64,000 nucleotides of DNA. Source: Methanoregula sp. GTDB taxonomy: Archaea > Halobacteriota > Methanomicrobia > Methanomicrobiales > Methanospirillaceae. Shown in pieces: positions 20,194 through 30,238 of this stretch. The position numbers and the translations under genes are program-made. Within the stretch, counting starts at the first letter, position 1. The number at the start of each line of letters is the position of its first letter. The stretch covers positions 32,001 to 96,000 of the forward strand of contig JBDKTL010000024.1 in the NCBI GenBank assembly GCA_039698055.1, read 5' to 3'. The notes below the pieces were generated by a model, which worked only from the letters and a program-made list of their open reading frames with translations, was not told where the DNA came from and searched no databases.

Positions 20194-20952
20194 ATGATGA
20201 GAATCGGGCTGCTCGGCTGCGGTAATATCGGGCATATTATTGCACTGCATGCAGAGGGTTTCGAAGTCTCAGCGGTCTATGATAAAGTCTATCTGCGGGC
20301 GCAAGAGATCGCAGAACTTTCCCATGGACAAGCATACGAGAATTTTGAATCGTTCCTGAATGCAGATATCGATATCGTTGTAGAAGCAGCTTCTGTCAGT
20401 GCGGTAAAAGTGTATGCAAAAATGGTTTTATCCCACCGTAAAAATCTGGTCATCATGAGCGTCGGCGCACTTGCAGATCCGGCTTTCAGGAAAGACATCC
20501 ACGATACAGCTAAAAAATTCGGACAAAAGGTCTATTTCCCGAGCGGTGCCATTTTCGGACTTGACAATCTCAAGGTCGGCAGGATTTCCCCCATGAAGAA
20601 ACTTCTCCTCCGTACAACAAAAAGCCCGAAATCGCTCGGGATTACTGCTGATTCGCGACAGATCATTTTTTCCGGGAAAGCCAATGAATGTATCAAAGCA
20701 TACCCAAAAAATGTCAATGTGTCAGTAGCGATGAGTCTTGCTGCCGGGCAGGAAGCCGATGTCGAACTCTGGGCGGATCCTCTTGTGGACAGGAACATCC
20801 ATGAACTGTTTATTGAGGGGGATTTTGGGGAGACCTATATTAAAGTGACAAATGTCCCAAGCCCGGACAATCCTGCGACAAGTTACCTTGCGGCTCTTTC
20901 CATCCTCTCGCTGTTAAAAAATCTGGATGACCCGTTTGTGGTAGGAACATGA
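20194..20952 (+). CDS. nadX: L-aspartate dehydrogenase
   Basis: GCGNIG, VVEAAS, SVGAL, SGAIFGLD, PKNVNV, NPATSYLA. Confidence 0.93.
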   Translation: MMRIGLLGCGNIGHIIALHAEGFEVSAVYDKVYLRAQEIAELSHGQAYENFESFLNADIDIVVEAASVSAVKVYAKMVLSHRKNLVIMSVGALADPAFRKDIHDTAKKFGQKVYFPSGAIFGLDNLKVGRISPMKKLLLRTTKSPKSLGITADSRQIIFSGKANECIKAYPKNVNVSVAMSLAAGQEADVELWADPLVDRNIHELFIEGDFGETYIKVTNVPSPDNPATSYLAALSILSLLKNLDDPFVVGT

Positions 20953-20975
20953 GGATTATTCCGGGGTAGCCCTGT

Positions 20976-21806
20976 ATGGTTCCGATTGAATACCTGTTGC
21001 ATTTTATTGAAGAAGACGCACCGTTTGGCGATGCAACATCAGATGCCATCATACCAGATATTACCTGCAATGCTGTGATCCGGTCTGAGGAGCCTGGTAT
21101 TATTGCAGGTCTTGAAGAGGCATCCGCGCTTTTTGCCCATTATGGCATTCAGATTAAAAGCGATGTTGTCGATGGTGTTCTGGTAAAACGGGGAGACTTG
21201 CTCCTGTCACTCTGCGGGAATGCCAAAAAAATTCTGCTTGTTGAACGCACTGCTCTTAATATTATCGGGAGGATGAGCGGCATCGCAACCCGAACACACC
21301 AGATGGCCAGTGTTATCAGAGAGGTCAACCCCCGTTGCCGGGTGGCGGGGACACGAAAAACCTGCCCGGGTTTTCGGGCGCTCGATAAAAAGGCAGTTGT
21401 TCTTGGAGGCGGCGAATCACACCGTTCCAGTCTCAGTGATGGAATCCTCATAAAAGACAATCATCTCGTTCTGGTGCCGTTCGCAGATGCGGTCCGGGCT
21501 GCAAAAAACGCCACCTGGTATAAGAAAATTGAAATTGAAGTTGAAACCTGTAAAGACGCACTGGTTGCTGCAAAAGCTGGTGCAGACATCATAATGCTCG
21601 ATAATATGAGTCCTGATCATATCAGGAAAACACTTGCCGCATTAACGAACGAAGGGCTCCGGGACGTAGTTACAATTGAACTTTCCGGTGGTATCAATGG
21701 GGAAAATATCAAGGACTATGCGGCGCTGGGTGCAGATGTGATAAGTCTTGGTGCCCTCACCCATACGGTCAGGAATTTTTCAGTAAATCTTGAAATTCTT
21801 ACCTGA
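20976..21806 (+). CDS. nadC: Quinolinate phosphoribosyltransferase
   Basis: ERTALN, GTRKT, IKDNH, EIEVE, MLDN, SGGI, GALTH. Confidence 0.96.
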   Translation: MVPIEYLLHFIEEDAPFGDATSDAIIPDITCNAVIRSEEPGIIAGLEEASALFAHYGIQIKSDVVDGVLVKRGDLLLSLCGNAKKILLVERTALNIIGRMSGIATRTHQMASVIREVNPRCRVAGTRKTCPGFRALDKKAVVLGGGESHRSSLSDGILIKDNHLVLVPFADAVRAAKNATWYKKIEIEVETCKDALVAAKAGADIIMLDNMSPDHIRKTLAALTNEGLRDVVTIELSGGINGENIKDYAALGADVISLGALTHTVRNFSVNLEILT

Positions 21807-21958
21807 TTTCCATTTTTTGTGGTGTACCCGATCATTGGAGTTACGGGTGGTTTTGCTGGTTATGAGTAAGAAACGGGATCTCCTGCACCACTCAACAATA
21901 AAGGGATGGGATAAGCTTATCATTTTTCGTTTTAAAAAGGTGGTTGAAGGGATAAAAG

Positions 21959-22549
21959 ATGGTCGTTTCACAACCCCCCGAACCTGGGACTGATTTGGGA
22001 TTGGTTCAAACACCGGATGTAGAAGCAACATTGAAGATAAATCGTAAAAGAAGAGTGAGGGGACTTATCGATTTACTGAAAAGCGAGTACCTTGATTCCC
22101 GGTGGAAAGCAGCAGAGGCATTAGGAGAGGTGGGCGATCCGGAAGCCGTTGAACCATTGATTGCCGCATTAAAGGACCCCTATGTCGAGGTCCAGTGGCT
22201 GGCGGCAAAATCTCTTGGTATGATTGGTGACCGCCGTGCGGTGGAACCACTTATCTCGTCGCTCTCATCCCCCGATAAATGGCTCCGTACCGGTGCCGCA
22301 TGGGGTTTAGGAAGACTTCACGAGAGGCGTGCGGTAGAACCGCTCATACTGCGCTTAAAAGATCCTAAACACAAGGTTCGATCTACTGCTGCGGTGGCGC
22401 TCGGTATGATTGGCGATGCGCGGGCAGTCGCCCCACTCACCCTTGCCATCCAGGATCCCGATGCAGATGTCCGGAACGCTGCACAAGAAGCACTTGCCAC
22501 AATCACAAGACAAGGATCAAACAGAGAGGCCGATACATTAACTTCCTGA
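21959..22549 (+). CDS. HEAT (PBS lyase-like) repeat protein
   Basis: Repeated AAxALGxIGDxRAVEPLI units. Confidence 0.88.
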   Translation: MVVSQPPEPGTDLGLVQTPDVEATLKINRKRRVRGLIDLLKSEYLDSRWKAAEALGEVGDPEAVEPLIAALKDPYVEVQWLAAKSLGMIGDRRAVEPLISSLSSPDKWLRTGAAWGLGRLHERRAVEPLILRLKDPKHKVRSTAAVALGMIGDARAVAPLTLAIQDPDADVRNAAQEALATITRQGSNREADTLTS

Positions 22550-22623
22550 TTTTTTATTCTTGATACGATATCAGGACAACGTTTGGTAGTGGAAACGGAA
22601 ACATCCGCAAATATCAAAAAAAG

Positions 22624-23214
22624 TTAGAGTTTTATTACTTTCACTTCGGTATTGACTGCATCGTGTTGGGTGCCTCTCCAGCCTTCCTGTGAACTGGAAA
22701 AACGCGGGTCAATAATGAGGAAATACATGCTTTTGTCTTTGATGGTAAATGTCATATCACTCCGTAAAACATTGCTCTGGGAGAATGCCGGCACAAGAGG
22801 ACTGTAATCCCATTGATCTTTTTTAAGAATTGTGCTCCATTCCGGATCTGCCGTGATAAATTTGATCTCGTCATTTTTATCAATAACCAGTACATTCACC
22901 GGTTTGTCAGAATTTATTGATACTTTGAAAGAATCACCAGGGTAAAGATACTGGAAGCCGTAGTCTTCAAATGCATACTTCTGGAAGGTGGTCTTGTATC
23001 CGGACATCTGGTTAATTTTCTCATTGATAATGATCCGTTCAGAAGCGACGGTTGTGAGAGATGGAGATGCAACAGTCCCCGATGCTGATGGTGTCTGCGT
23101 TGCCAGAGGTGCCTTCGTTGCTGCTTGCCCAGCAGGAGTCGTACCTGTACATCCACACATACATGCTAGGGTAATAAGGATGCACAGTACTAAAAGCCCA
23201 AAAATTCGGTTCAT
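22624..23214 (-). CDS. Hypothetical lipoprotein
   Basis: Hydrophobic N-terminus with CMCGCT lipobox-like motif and Thr/Pro linker. Confidence 0.7.
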   Translation of the reverse strand: MNRIFGLLVLCILITLACMCGCTGTTPAGQAATKAPLATQTPSASGTVASPSLTTVASERIIINEKINQMSGYKTTFQKYAFEDYGFQYLYPGDSFKVSINSDKPVNVLVIDKNDEIKFITADPEWSTILKKDQWDYSPLVPAFSQSNVLRSDMTFTIKDKSMYFLIIDPRFSSSQEGWRGTQHDAVNTEVKVIKL

Positions 23215-23326
23215 ACGTTTACATTGCTTACCGGTTTTAATAATTTTTTTAAATATATTATTCCGGGAAATGCCTTAAAAAGAAATCATCAATATTCCAA
23301 CACGAATCAGCTGGTTCACATTTGGA

Positions 23327-23692
23327 TTACGAAATAATCCGTATATCCTCCGCCGCAGCTACCTGAATCTCCTTTTTACCCTGATAGGTGTGGACGGTAC
23401 CATACAATGAACAGTTCATTCCCTTAAAAAAAGAGCGATCTCTGGCTACCTGTGCTGGGATAAAAATGGTGACATTATTCATCTCGAGGATCAAATGCCC
23501 CCCGTTTTTAAGAACCGTTGCCTGATCCACGGTTCCGGTAAGAACAACCAGTTCACCCTCTGACGACTGGTTGGTGAATACCGACGCAAATGGTTGTTTT
23601 CCAAGAGTGTTAAGCACAAGATGCGCTGCAAGAACTGCAACAGCGATGCTGATCAATAAAATGAGCGCAATCCGTTCCTGGTACCCGAACAT
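23327..23692 (-). CDS. Membrane-anchored OB-fold protein
   Basis: TM then GELVVLTGTV...GTVHTYQGKKEI OB-fold pattern. Confidence 0.65.
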   Translation of the reverse strand: MFGYQERIALILLISIAVAVLAAHLVLNTLGKQPFASVFTNQSSEGELVVLTGTVDQATVLKNGGHLILEMNNVTIFIPAQVARDRSFFKGMNCSLYGTVHTYQGKKEIQVAAAEDIRIIS

Positions 23693-23763
23693 AAAAGAAA
23701 TCTATGAGTCCCCGGTTTAAATGCCCGATAGGTTGATATGTTAACACTGTTAACTTATCTGTC

Positions 23764-24009
23764 ATGTATAACACAACATTACCCCCATCATCGAAAACGG
23801 TGCTCGGGATCCTTGACAAGGGTGGTGCCATGACCCACAAAGACATTGTTTTGAAAAGCCAGCTGGCGCCCCGAACAGTTCGCTATGCATTAAAAAAACT
23901 CAAAGAGCGGCATCTCATCATTGAGAAATTCAACTTCCGGGATGCACGACAGATCATCTACCAGAACCGTCCTGTGTCTGCTCTCGAAGCAATGTCTGTG
24001 GTTGTATGA
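23764..24009 (+). CDS. Small winged-HTH transcriptional regulator
   Basis: LPPSSKTVL...LAPRTVRYALKKL...DARQ. Confidence 0.82.
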   Translation: MYNTTLPPSSKTVLGILDKGGAMTHKDIVLKSQLAPRTVRYALKKLKERHLIIEKFNFRDARQIIYQNRPVSALEAMSVVV

Positions 24010-24314
24010 TAAAACATACCTGCACACTCATGCACTGTGATATGATGGTAAGAACACTTCTGCCACCTATGAGAGCAGAGATGGTGTACAGGTTGGTACA
24101 TAATCAGGGAATCAGTCAGAGCGATGCAGCTATCCGACTTGGTGTCACACGAGCGGCTGTGTCTCAGTATATGAGTAAAAAAAGGGGTGCTGGTGCTGTT
24201 GAAATCTCAACAGAACTCGACGCAATGATCGATCGCTGGGCACTTGCTGTTGTCACTGGAGAAAGTGACATGAATCTCTGCGACGTCTGCCAGTGTGCAT
24301 TAAAAAAGTTTTAA
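24006..24314 (+). CDS. HTH regulator with Cys motifs (COG2522-like)
   Basis: GISQSDAAIRLGVTRAAVSQY..KKRG; C-terminal CDVC. Confidence 0.82.
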   Translation: MIKHTCTLMHCDMMVRTLLPPMRAEMVYRLVHNQGISQSDAAIRLGVTRAAVSQYMSKKRGAGAVEISTELDAMIDRWALAVVTGESDMNLCDVCQCALKKF

Positions 24315-24412
24315 ATCGCAGATTGTTTATCGTAACGCGTTGTTTTTGAATTTCTCTTTTCTCATAGCCCTTGTTCCCGGCAGTATATTTTTGCAACAGA
24401 AAAATCATATAC

Positions 24413-26077
24413 TTATCGACGATTCTTTCGATAATACAGGATACATAGCAGGCAAAAAACTGCAATTACTGCAGCAATTTTCAGATAATCAACCTGTTGG
24501 CGGGGCGATTTAACCGCGGGGTTCCAGTCATCCATAAAGACTTCATGGAAATAACTGGCAACACCGGGGTGCTCAATGATTACACCAGCCTCCCTGTTAA
24601 AAGTTGGTGAATTGCTGTTCCAGTTAATACTGCTGACAAGTACTTTTCGGTCATCAACTATCACTCCTTTGTTATGGATCTTCTCGATGCCGTTTGTCTC
24701 CAAATTTGCACACCGCGCTTCAAGAGGGAGATGCTCGTTTACGGCAATGCGATTGATCAGTGCAACCATTTCGTCGTTATCTTTTGTGTCTTCGACATTA
24801 TACCAATAGGAATCCAGAAGCACCTGTACCTGCACTCCCCGCCGCGAGGCATTAATTGCAGCAGCAAGATACGGATTGAGTTCTGTGGCCGATTCATTGG
24901 TGATATATGCCTGTTCAATCTCAACACTTATCGTTGCAGAGTCCACAAGCACGGTTATCTGGTTACTGGTATCCGGCGCAAGTACTGGTGTTACAACCGC
25001 GTTATTAAATGTTGCCGGGGAAAAATCAGCCTCATATTCCGTTGAAGATGCGGATTCCGATGGCCCGGGGGATCCATATATGGGCACTATTGTATAACCG
25101 CCCGCATCCGTGTGGAAAACACCAGAGAAATACCCGGCAAGATCGGTATTCTCAAGATAGACGCCCCAGCCCCGGTTTGCAGATTTGCCGCCGGGAGGAA
25201 ACCCGCTGGCTTTGAAATTCTCACTCGTCAGGAGAACTGCACGGTTATCTACGACAAGATACTTCGCATGATCATACCGGTAGGGAGCGTGCCCGCCCGT
25301 TGGAGCGGCCATCTCAAAAACCGGAATACCGCTCTGGTTCATCCGGAAAATCTCCATCTTTTCTTCCGGGCTTATACCGCCTACAGGACCACCTTCGACC
25401 AGCACTACCACATCGACGCCCCGCTTGCGTGCTTCAATAAGTGAAGTGGACAGGTTTGAACTGGAAAATTCGTAAACATTGACAAGAAGTTCATCACTGG
25501 CCCGGTCAACCACTGATGAGAACACCTCAAGAGAACAATCCGGGGAAACAAACGTGGTAACGGTTACATTTTGAAACGTTGACGGTTGTAACCGTGACTG
25601 CCCGAGCATAAGCACGCGCCGGTCCCAGATACCATTATCAAGATAATGCACCTGACCATCACGGGCGATGACATCGTCGGGCCAAGCCACAGACTGGACA
25701 AGTTTCCCGTTCTCGTAGAGCATGAGAACATCCCGTCCGTTTGCCATACGAAGCGTATTCCCGTTTATCACATTCGGAACAGTGGGGGAATTATCAATCC
25801 ATTCAAAATCCGGGCGTTTCCCATGAGTTTTTTCAAACGATTTGGCATTACGGGTAATGGTGATTTGTCCCTGAACCGAGGCACCCGGGGGAAACCGGAA
25901 CCCGCTTTTTCCATCGGAAACGGTAAAACCATCGAGCGGTCCGCTGCCGGAAAGCACTATGTATTCATCCTCGTCATTATAGGTATACGGATCCGGACAG
26001 AACTCCGTGATCAGCACCGCATTGCACGAAACCACGCACAAGCAGAAGAAGAGAATAAGTGCTATGATACCGCGCAT
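24413..26077 (-). CDS. Secreted phospholipase D family protein with N-terminal lamin-tail-like domain
   Basis: Two HKD motifs (HAKYLVVD, HNKGVIVD); ITEFCPDP..EYI; signal peptide and C-terminal TM. Confidence 0.88.
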   Translation of the reverse strand: MRGIIALILFFCLCVVSCNAVLITEFCPDPYTYNDEDEYIVLSGSGPLDGFTVSDGKSGFRFPPGASVQGQITITRNAKSFEKTHGKRPDFEWIDNSPTVPNVINGNTLRMANGRDVLMLYENGKLVQSVAWPDDVIARDGQVHYLDNGIWDRRVLMLGQSRLQPSTFQNVTVTTFVSPDCSLEVFSSVVDRASDELLVNVYEFSSSNLSTSLIEARKRGVDVVVLVEGGPVGGISPEEKMEIFRMNQSGIPVFEMAAPTGGHAPYRYDHAKYLVVDNRAVLLTSENFKASGFPPGGKSANRGWGVYLENTDLAGYFSGVFHTDAGGYTIVPIYGSPGPSESASSTEYEADFSPATFNNAVVTPVLAPDTSNQITVLVDSATISVEIEQAYITNESATELNPYLAAAINASRRGVQVQVLLDSYWYNVEDTKDNDEMVALINRIAVNEHLPLEARCANLETNGIEKIHNKGVIVDDRKVLVSSINWNSNSPTFNREAGVIIEHPGVASYFHEVFMDDWNPAVKSPRQQVDYLKIAAVIAVFCLLCILYYRKNRR

Positions 26078-26129
26078 AGAGAATCACATTCTCTATGCTT
26101 CTTTTATAATCTAACGATATACATTTCCC

Positions 26130-26759
26130 ATGACGATGACACCAGATAATAACCGGCAGCAGCACGTTCCCTCATCACCGCTTGTCGTAAAAGTCGGGGG
26201 CAGTCTCTCCTTGAATATCCGGGAGATCATACCAGCCCTGCTTGCCAGTCCGCGAACACTGCTTATCGTGCCTGGAGGGGGAAAATTTGCAGATGCAATT
26301 CGCCGGCTTGCAGTGCACGATGATCCGGCTCACTGGATGGCGATCGCTGCGATGGAGCAGTATGGGTGGATGCTGGCGTCGTACGGGGTGCCAACCACAG
26401 ACATTCTCGCAAATCCAGAAATGACATCAGTATTCTTACCCTATTCAACCATGCGGCAATCAGATCCTCTCCCACATTCGTGGAATGTAACATCAGATAC
26501 TATTGCTGCGTGGGTGGCAAAAACGCTGGACACCGATCTCCTCATACTTAAGTCCGTGGATGGCATCATGGTTCGCGGAATCTTCCAAGATCATCTTACC
26601 GGCCCGGTTGAATCAGACAGCGTGGATTCCTGCTTTATACCGTTTGTCCTAAAAAGCAACGTTTCGACGATGATCCTCAATGGAACACATAGAGAACGGG
26701 TGGAACGATTCCTCGCAGGGGAACAAGTTTTAGGCACCCGCATTGGTACAACATTTTAA
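26130..26759 (+). CDS. mfnE: Amino-acid kinase family protein, MfnE-like (methanofuran biosynthesis)
   Basis: VKVGGSL, VPGGGKFAD, AHWMAI, LPHSWNVTSD, KSVDG. Confidence 0.72.
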   Translation: MTMTPDNNRQQHVPSSPLVVKVGGSLSLNIREIIPALLASPRTLLIVPGGGKFADAIRRLAVHDDPAHWMAIAAMEQYGWMLASYGVPTTDILANPEMTSVFLPYSTMRQSDPLPHSWNVTSDTIAAWVAKTLDTDLLILKSVDGIMVRGIFQDHLTGPVESDSVDSCFIPFVLKSNVSTMILNGTHRERVERFLAGEQVLGTRIGTTF

Positions 26760-26804
26760 AGGTTCTAAAAGAGATACTATAGGAATCCTTGGAGGAGCAA
26801 ACAA

Positions 26805-26966
26805 ATGTCAGATAAAAAATGTACATCCTGCAACGCTCCGCTTGCAGAAGAGGGTGCAACAGAGTTTGGGTGCCCCGCGTGCGGTGTCGAGATTACCCGG
26901 TGCTACCGGTGCAGGGAGCAGAGTATTCCCTACGTCTGCCCGAAATGTGGATTCGGGGGACCGTGA
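26805..26966 (+). CDS. Small Zn-ribbon protein (DUF1610/HVO_2753 family), 53 aa
   Basis: Below ORF-track cutoff; MSDKKCTSC...CPACG...RCYRCR...YVCPKCGFGGP; GGAGG SD; typical position before aEF-1beta. Confidence 0.92.
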   Translation: MSDKKCTSCNAPLAEEGATEFGCPACGVEITRCYRCREQSIPYVCPKCGFGGP

Positions 26967-26969
26967 GGT

Positions 26970-27227
26970 ATGGGTAGCGTCGCAGCCATTATGAGGGTTA
27001 TGCCGGAATCCCCGGAAGTAAACCTCGAAGAGCTTAAAAAAGCACTCAAAGAAAAACTCCCGGGCATACAGGACATCCGGGAAGAGCCAATCGGCTTTGG
27101 ACTTAAAGCGCTCAAATTTGCGGCCATCGTAAACGATGCCGGTGGGCAAACCGATGAAATTGAGAAGAGTCTCAGCCAGATCCCCGGCGTCGAGCGGGTA
27201 GAGACTATTGAAGTAACCCTTACGTAA
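26970..27227 (+). CDS. ef1b: Elongation factor aEF-1beta
   Basis: VMPESPEVNL, EEPIGFGLKAL. Confidence 0.95.
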   Translation: MGSVAAIMRVMPESPEVNLEELKKALKEKLPGIQDIREEPIGFGLKALKFAAIVNDAGGQTDEIEKSLSQIPGVERVETIEVTLT

Positions 27228-27239
27228 AAACAGAGCTGC

Positions 27240-27287
27240 GCCAGCATCCTTATCAGAAAAAGATAAGCTGACGGTGCACTTTTTTTA
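27240..27287 (+). terminator. Hairpin plus T-run after aEF-1beta
   Basis: CAGC..TTATC/GATAA.GCTG stem followed by TTTTTTT. Confidence 0.4.
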
Positions 27288-27399
27288 AACTCTTCTGATA
27301 GTAAGTGCATAACTCTTTTTGATCTGACGGGTCCTGGCGATCCAAAACGGCATTAATTCGGATAAATTTCGTCCTGTGGCGGGATTATATTAAAATCGT

Positions 27400-28347
27400 T
27401 CAGATTCCGAGTTTTTCAAAAACAGTCTGCGTACTCGCGCGTATCTTTTCGACCGATTCACGATAAGCGATGACTTCTGATTCATCAATCCTGATCGTTA
27501 CAGGAAATGCACCGTTGTGGTTTATCCGTGCGGGCACACCTATACAGACATCCCCGATACCATGCACTTCACTTTTCACATATGCAGAAACGGTTAGGAT
27601 CCGGTTTTCATCGCCAAGAACGGTCTTAACCAGCGACGCGATCGCTTCACCTGGCCCGTAAATGGTTGATCCTTTGTTTTTTATGATCTGTTCGCCGGTG
27701 CATTTTACCGTATCGATAAATTCACTCACCGGCAGGTGTGAGAACGCCGGCAGGTTGGATATTTTGATCCCGCCAATCGTTGTAGCAGACCAGAGCGGCA
27801 CCATACTATCGCCATGTTCACCAATAATGCGCGTGTGAACTTCACTTACATGCACTTTAAAATACGTCGCAATAAGGGATTTCAACCGCATCGAATCAAG
27901 ATGCGTCCCCAGACCAAATACCTGGTTTGGTTTTAAACCGGAATATTTCAGAGCGATACATGTCATCACATCGACCGGGTTAGTTACCATAATTATTTTG
28001 GTATCTGGTGCAACCGTGCCCAGTGTTTTAGCAATCGGCGCGATAATCCTGGCATTGCCGAGTGCAAGATCGAGGCGATCCTGGCCAGGTTCCCGGGGAG
28101 TTCCTGCAGTAATTACCACAATCTCCGAGCCGGCTGCATCTTTGAGGTTCGTTGTCCAATTTACACGTATATTGGTGCCCCGTGCGGCAAAAGAATCGAT
28201 AAAATCCTGAGTAATACCTTTTAAGAGTGCTTCGCGGCCTTCCCTTCCGTAGAGAAGGATCTCGTGCACATGCGGATTTGCAGAAATTGCATAAGCGGCA
28301 AACATGCCGACATTACCAGTTGCTCCGATAATGGTAACTTTTGACAT
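27400..28347 (-). CDS. mdh: Malate/lactate dehydrogenase family (LDH-like Mdh)
   Basis: IIGATGNVG, TAG.PR.PG..RLDL, TNPVD, LDSMR, GEHGD. Confidence 0.9.
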   Translation of the reverse strand: MSKVTIIGATGNVGMFAAYAISANPHVHEILLYGREGREALLKGITQDFIDSFAARGTNIRVNWTTNLKDAAGSEIVVITAGTPREPGQDRLDLALGNARIIAPIAKTLGTVAPDTKIIMVTNPVDVMTCIALKYSGLKPNQVFGLGTHLDSMRLKSLIATYFKVHVSEVHTRIIGEHGDSMVPLWSATTIGGIKISNLPAFSHLPVSEFIDTVKCTGEQIIKNKGSTIYGPGEAIASLVKTVLGDENRILTVSAYVKSEVHGIGDVCIGVPARINHNGAFPVTIRIDESEVIAYRESVEKIRASTQTVFEKLGI

Positions 28348-28359
28348 GATATCATCAAT

Positions 28360-28667
28360 GGGGACGTGTTATCGGTCGAATGTACGTTACTACTTTTGCC
28401 AAAGTATCCATCCTCCACCCCGTTACCCCATGGGCGCCGGATGCCTACGGTAAGTCTGCTCCCTTCCGGGCCTGAACCGGTTCCCGTAGCAACAGGTCGC
28501 CATTCCCTCCGGAATTTTGATACCTGTCCATCGACCTCATGGGACGAGGTTTCACCGTCAGAACACGCAAAGCTCCAGCAGGTCGTTGCAGCCTTCCTCA
28601 AACTTCGCCCCCCGCGTACCGACGGTTTCAGGTTACAGGTGACGCCGAACCACCCGGGCTAGTCCCC
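28360..28667 (-). ncRNA. ffs: Signal recognition particle (7S) RNA
   Basis: Minus strand has GGGGAC...GTCCCC terminal helix, Alu-domain CTGTAAC, and helix 8 CAGGCCC-GGAA-GGGAGCAG; ~308 nt. Confidence 0.93.
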
Positions 28668-28810
28668 ATATACCTTTGTGCCCCGGTCAATAAATGCTTT
28701 TTATGATCCCCGGGAATCTATCCCCGGGAACATTTGACATGATAACAATATTCCTAACAAGGAAAAGCAAAAAAAATCTGTATCAAATCTCTTTATAGAT
28801 TTACAAGAGA

Positions 28811-29842
28811 TCAGGGAATAAAAGGATCCCCACCGATACGATTCTGCCAGTTGCTGATGATATCTGAAACGGTGGAAGGTTTATTCTTTTCAAAAATATC
28901 AAGGGCTGTCACAGGCTCTGCGCCCTTTGGGAGGATATGACCCAGCAAGCGGAAATCCCCCTGGTAAACTTCAATAACCTGTTTTCCACTTGTTTCTGCA
29001 ATTTTCACGGGCTCCCGTGTCACCGGGTGGCGTGCCATATCCTCCAGTTGTTCGAAAAGTCTCACCAGTTCGATAGTTAGGTACTGCCGGTTTACCTCAA
29101 GATTGAACGCAGACCAGAATGCGGACGCATACCATGCATCATTCATGATAACATGTGGCACACCAAGGCACGCTGCAGCAAGACCAAGTGTCCCGGCTCC
29201 ACAACAGGCGTCCACGAAGAGCGGTACCGGGGGCGTTCCCACATGCCGGGTAACGGACTGGATCTTCGGGTATCCTCCGCGCGGAAATTCAACATGTACC
29301 AGTGATTGTTGTTTGTAAACCACCAGCGGCCCGGTAACCAGTGGAAAAATATCTGCCCGCACGTCACACCCGGCGAGTAACTCATAAACCTTAGGGACGG
29401 CATCCGGATCAACGGTTGCCAGTCCGGGAATGAAAGGTGCAGTTTTTACGACACCCCGCACTTCGGGTACTTCTGCATGTATCCGCACCGCTGCCTTTTT
29501 TGATACCCGACCAGACATAAGGACAAGGGATTTCTTAGGGAGAAACGGAGGTTTATCCATCGCAAACCCGGGATGGATAAGAGGGGCCCCTACAGTAATG
29601 AGAGGATCAGAGGAGGTGAGATTTCCTTCTTCCTGCATGATGACGTACATATGGGCAAAAACATCATCGATAAACCGTTTTCCGCAGGAGCAGGGTTCGG
29701 CAATAACCGGATTTTTTAGGGGGACGCGTTTATCAAGAACCCGTATACTGCACTCAGCACACGGAAGAAAGATAGTCGGCAGTGTTGAGAGAATGTCTGT
29801 TGCTGAGCGTACGCAGTCCATCCCGCACACCGGACATTTCAT
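28811..29842 (-). CDS. Uncharacterised Cys-rich N-terminus plus class I SAM-methyltransferase-like protein
   Basis: CPVC, CAEC, CSCG clusters; VDACCGAGTLG motif I. Confidence 0.7.
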   Translation of the reverse strand: MKCPVCGMDCVRSATDILSTLPTIFLPCAECSIRVLDKRVPLKNPVIAEPCSCGKRFIDDVFAHMYVIMQEEGNLTSSDPLITVGAPLIHPGFAMDKPPFLPKKSLVLMSGRVSKKAAVRIHAEVPEVRGVVKTAPFIPGLATVDPDAVPKVYELLAGCDVRADIFPLVTGPLVVYKQQSLVHVEFPRGGYPKIQSVTRHVGTPPVPLFVDACCGAGTLGLAAACLGVPHVIMNDAWYASAFWSAFNLEVNRQYLTIELVRLFEQLEDMARHPVTREPVKIAETSGKQVIEVYQGDFRLLGHILPKGAEPVTALDIFEKNKPSTVSDIISNWQNRIGGDPFIP

Positions 29843-29955
29843 TCTGCTTCCTAAGATGTTCCATAATAGATACTTTGTTAATTATTTTTTATGGGTATGA
29901 TGAAAATCCTGTTTGGCGATAAAAAAACAAAAAATCAAATTTTAATAATCTAAAA

Positions 29956-30030
29956 TGGGCCTGATGCGATTCGAACGCATGACCGCCCGGTTATGAGCCG
30001 GGCGCTCTAACCGGACTGAGCTACAGGCCC
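29956..30030 (-). tRNA. tRNA-Ile2(CAU) (agmatidine-type)
   Basis: CAT anticodon in a body closely matching tRNA-Ile(GAU) at 17586 (CCCGG anticodon stem, GTCATGCGTTC.AATCGCATC). Confidence 0.88.
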
Positions 30031-30035
30031 AAAAA

Positions 30036-30108
30036 CGCCGCCAACAGGGCTCGAACCTGTGACATTCGGATTAACAGTCCGACACTCTACCAACTGAGTT
30101 ATGGCGGC
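30036..30108 (-). tRNA. tRNA-Asn(GUU)
   Basis: GCCGCCA/TGGCGGC acceptor; TCGGA-CT-GTT-AA-TCCGA. Confidence 0.96.
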
Positions 30109-30238
30109 AAATTCCCTGTGCCTTAATAGATTCTTTGTGAGTCTTTTTAAAGGTAACCTATGGATGTGGCAGAGAACAAAGGACAAATGTGCTCTCCGCA
30201 TCCAGGATGTTTTATACAAAATGCGGGTATGGGTCATA

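Noticed and set aside
28221-28662. ORFs 28221..28601 and 28366..28662
   Set aside because: They overlap the SRP RNA gene.
29897-29965. ATGATGA C-box-like motifs (here and near 30841 and 49819) as C/D guide RNAs
   Set aside because: No suitably spaced D, C' and D' boxes seen.
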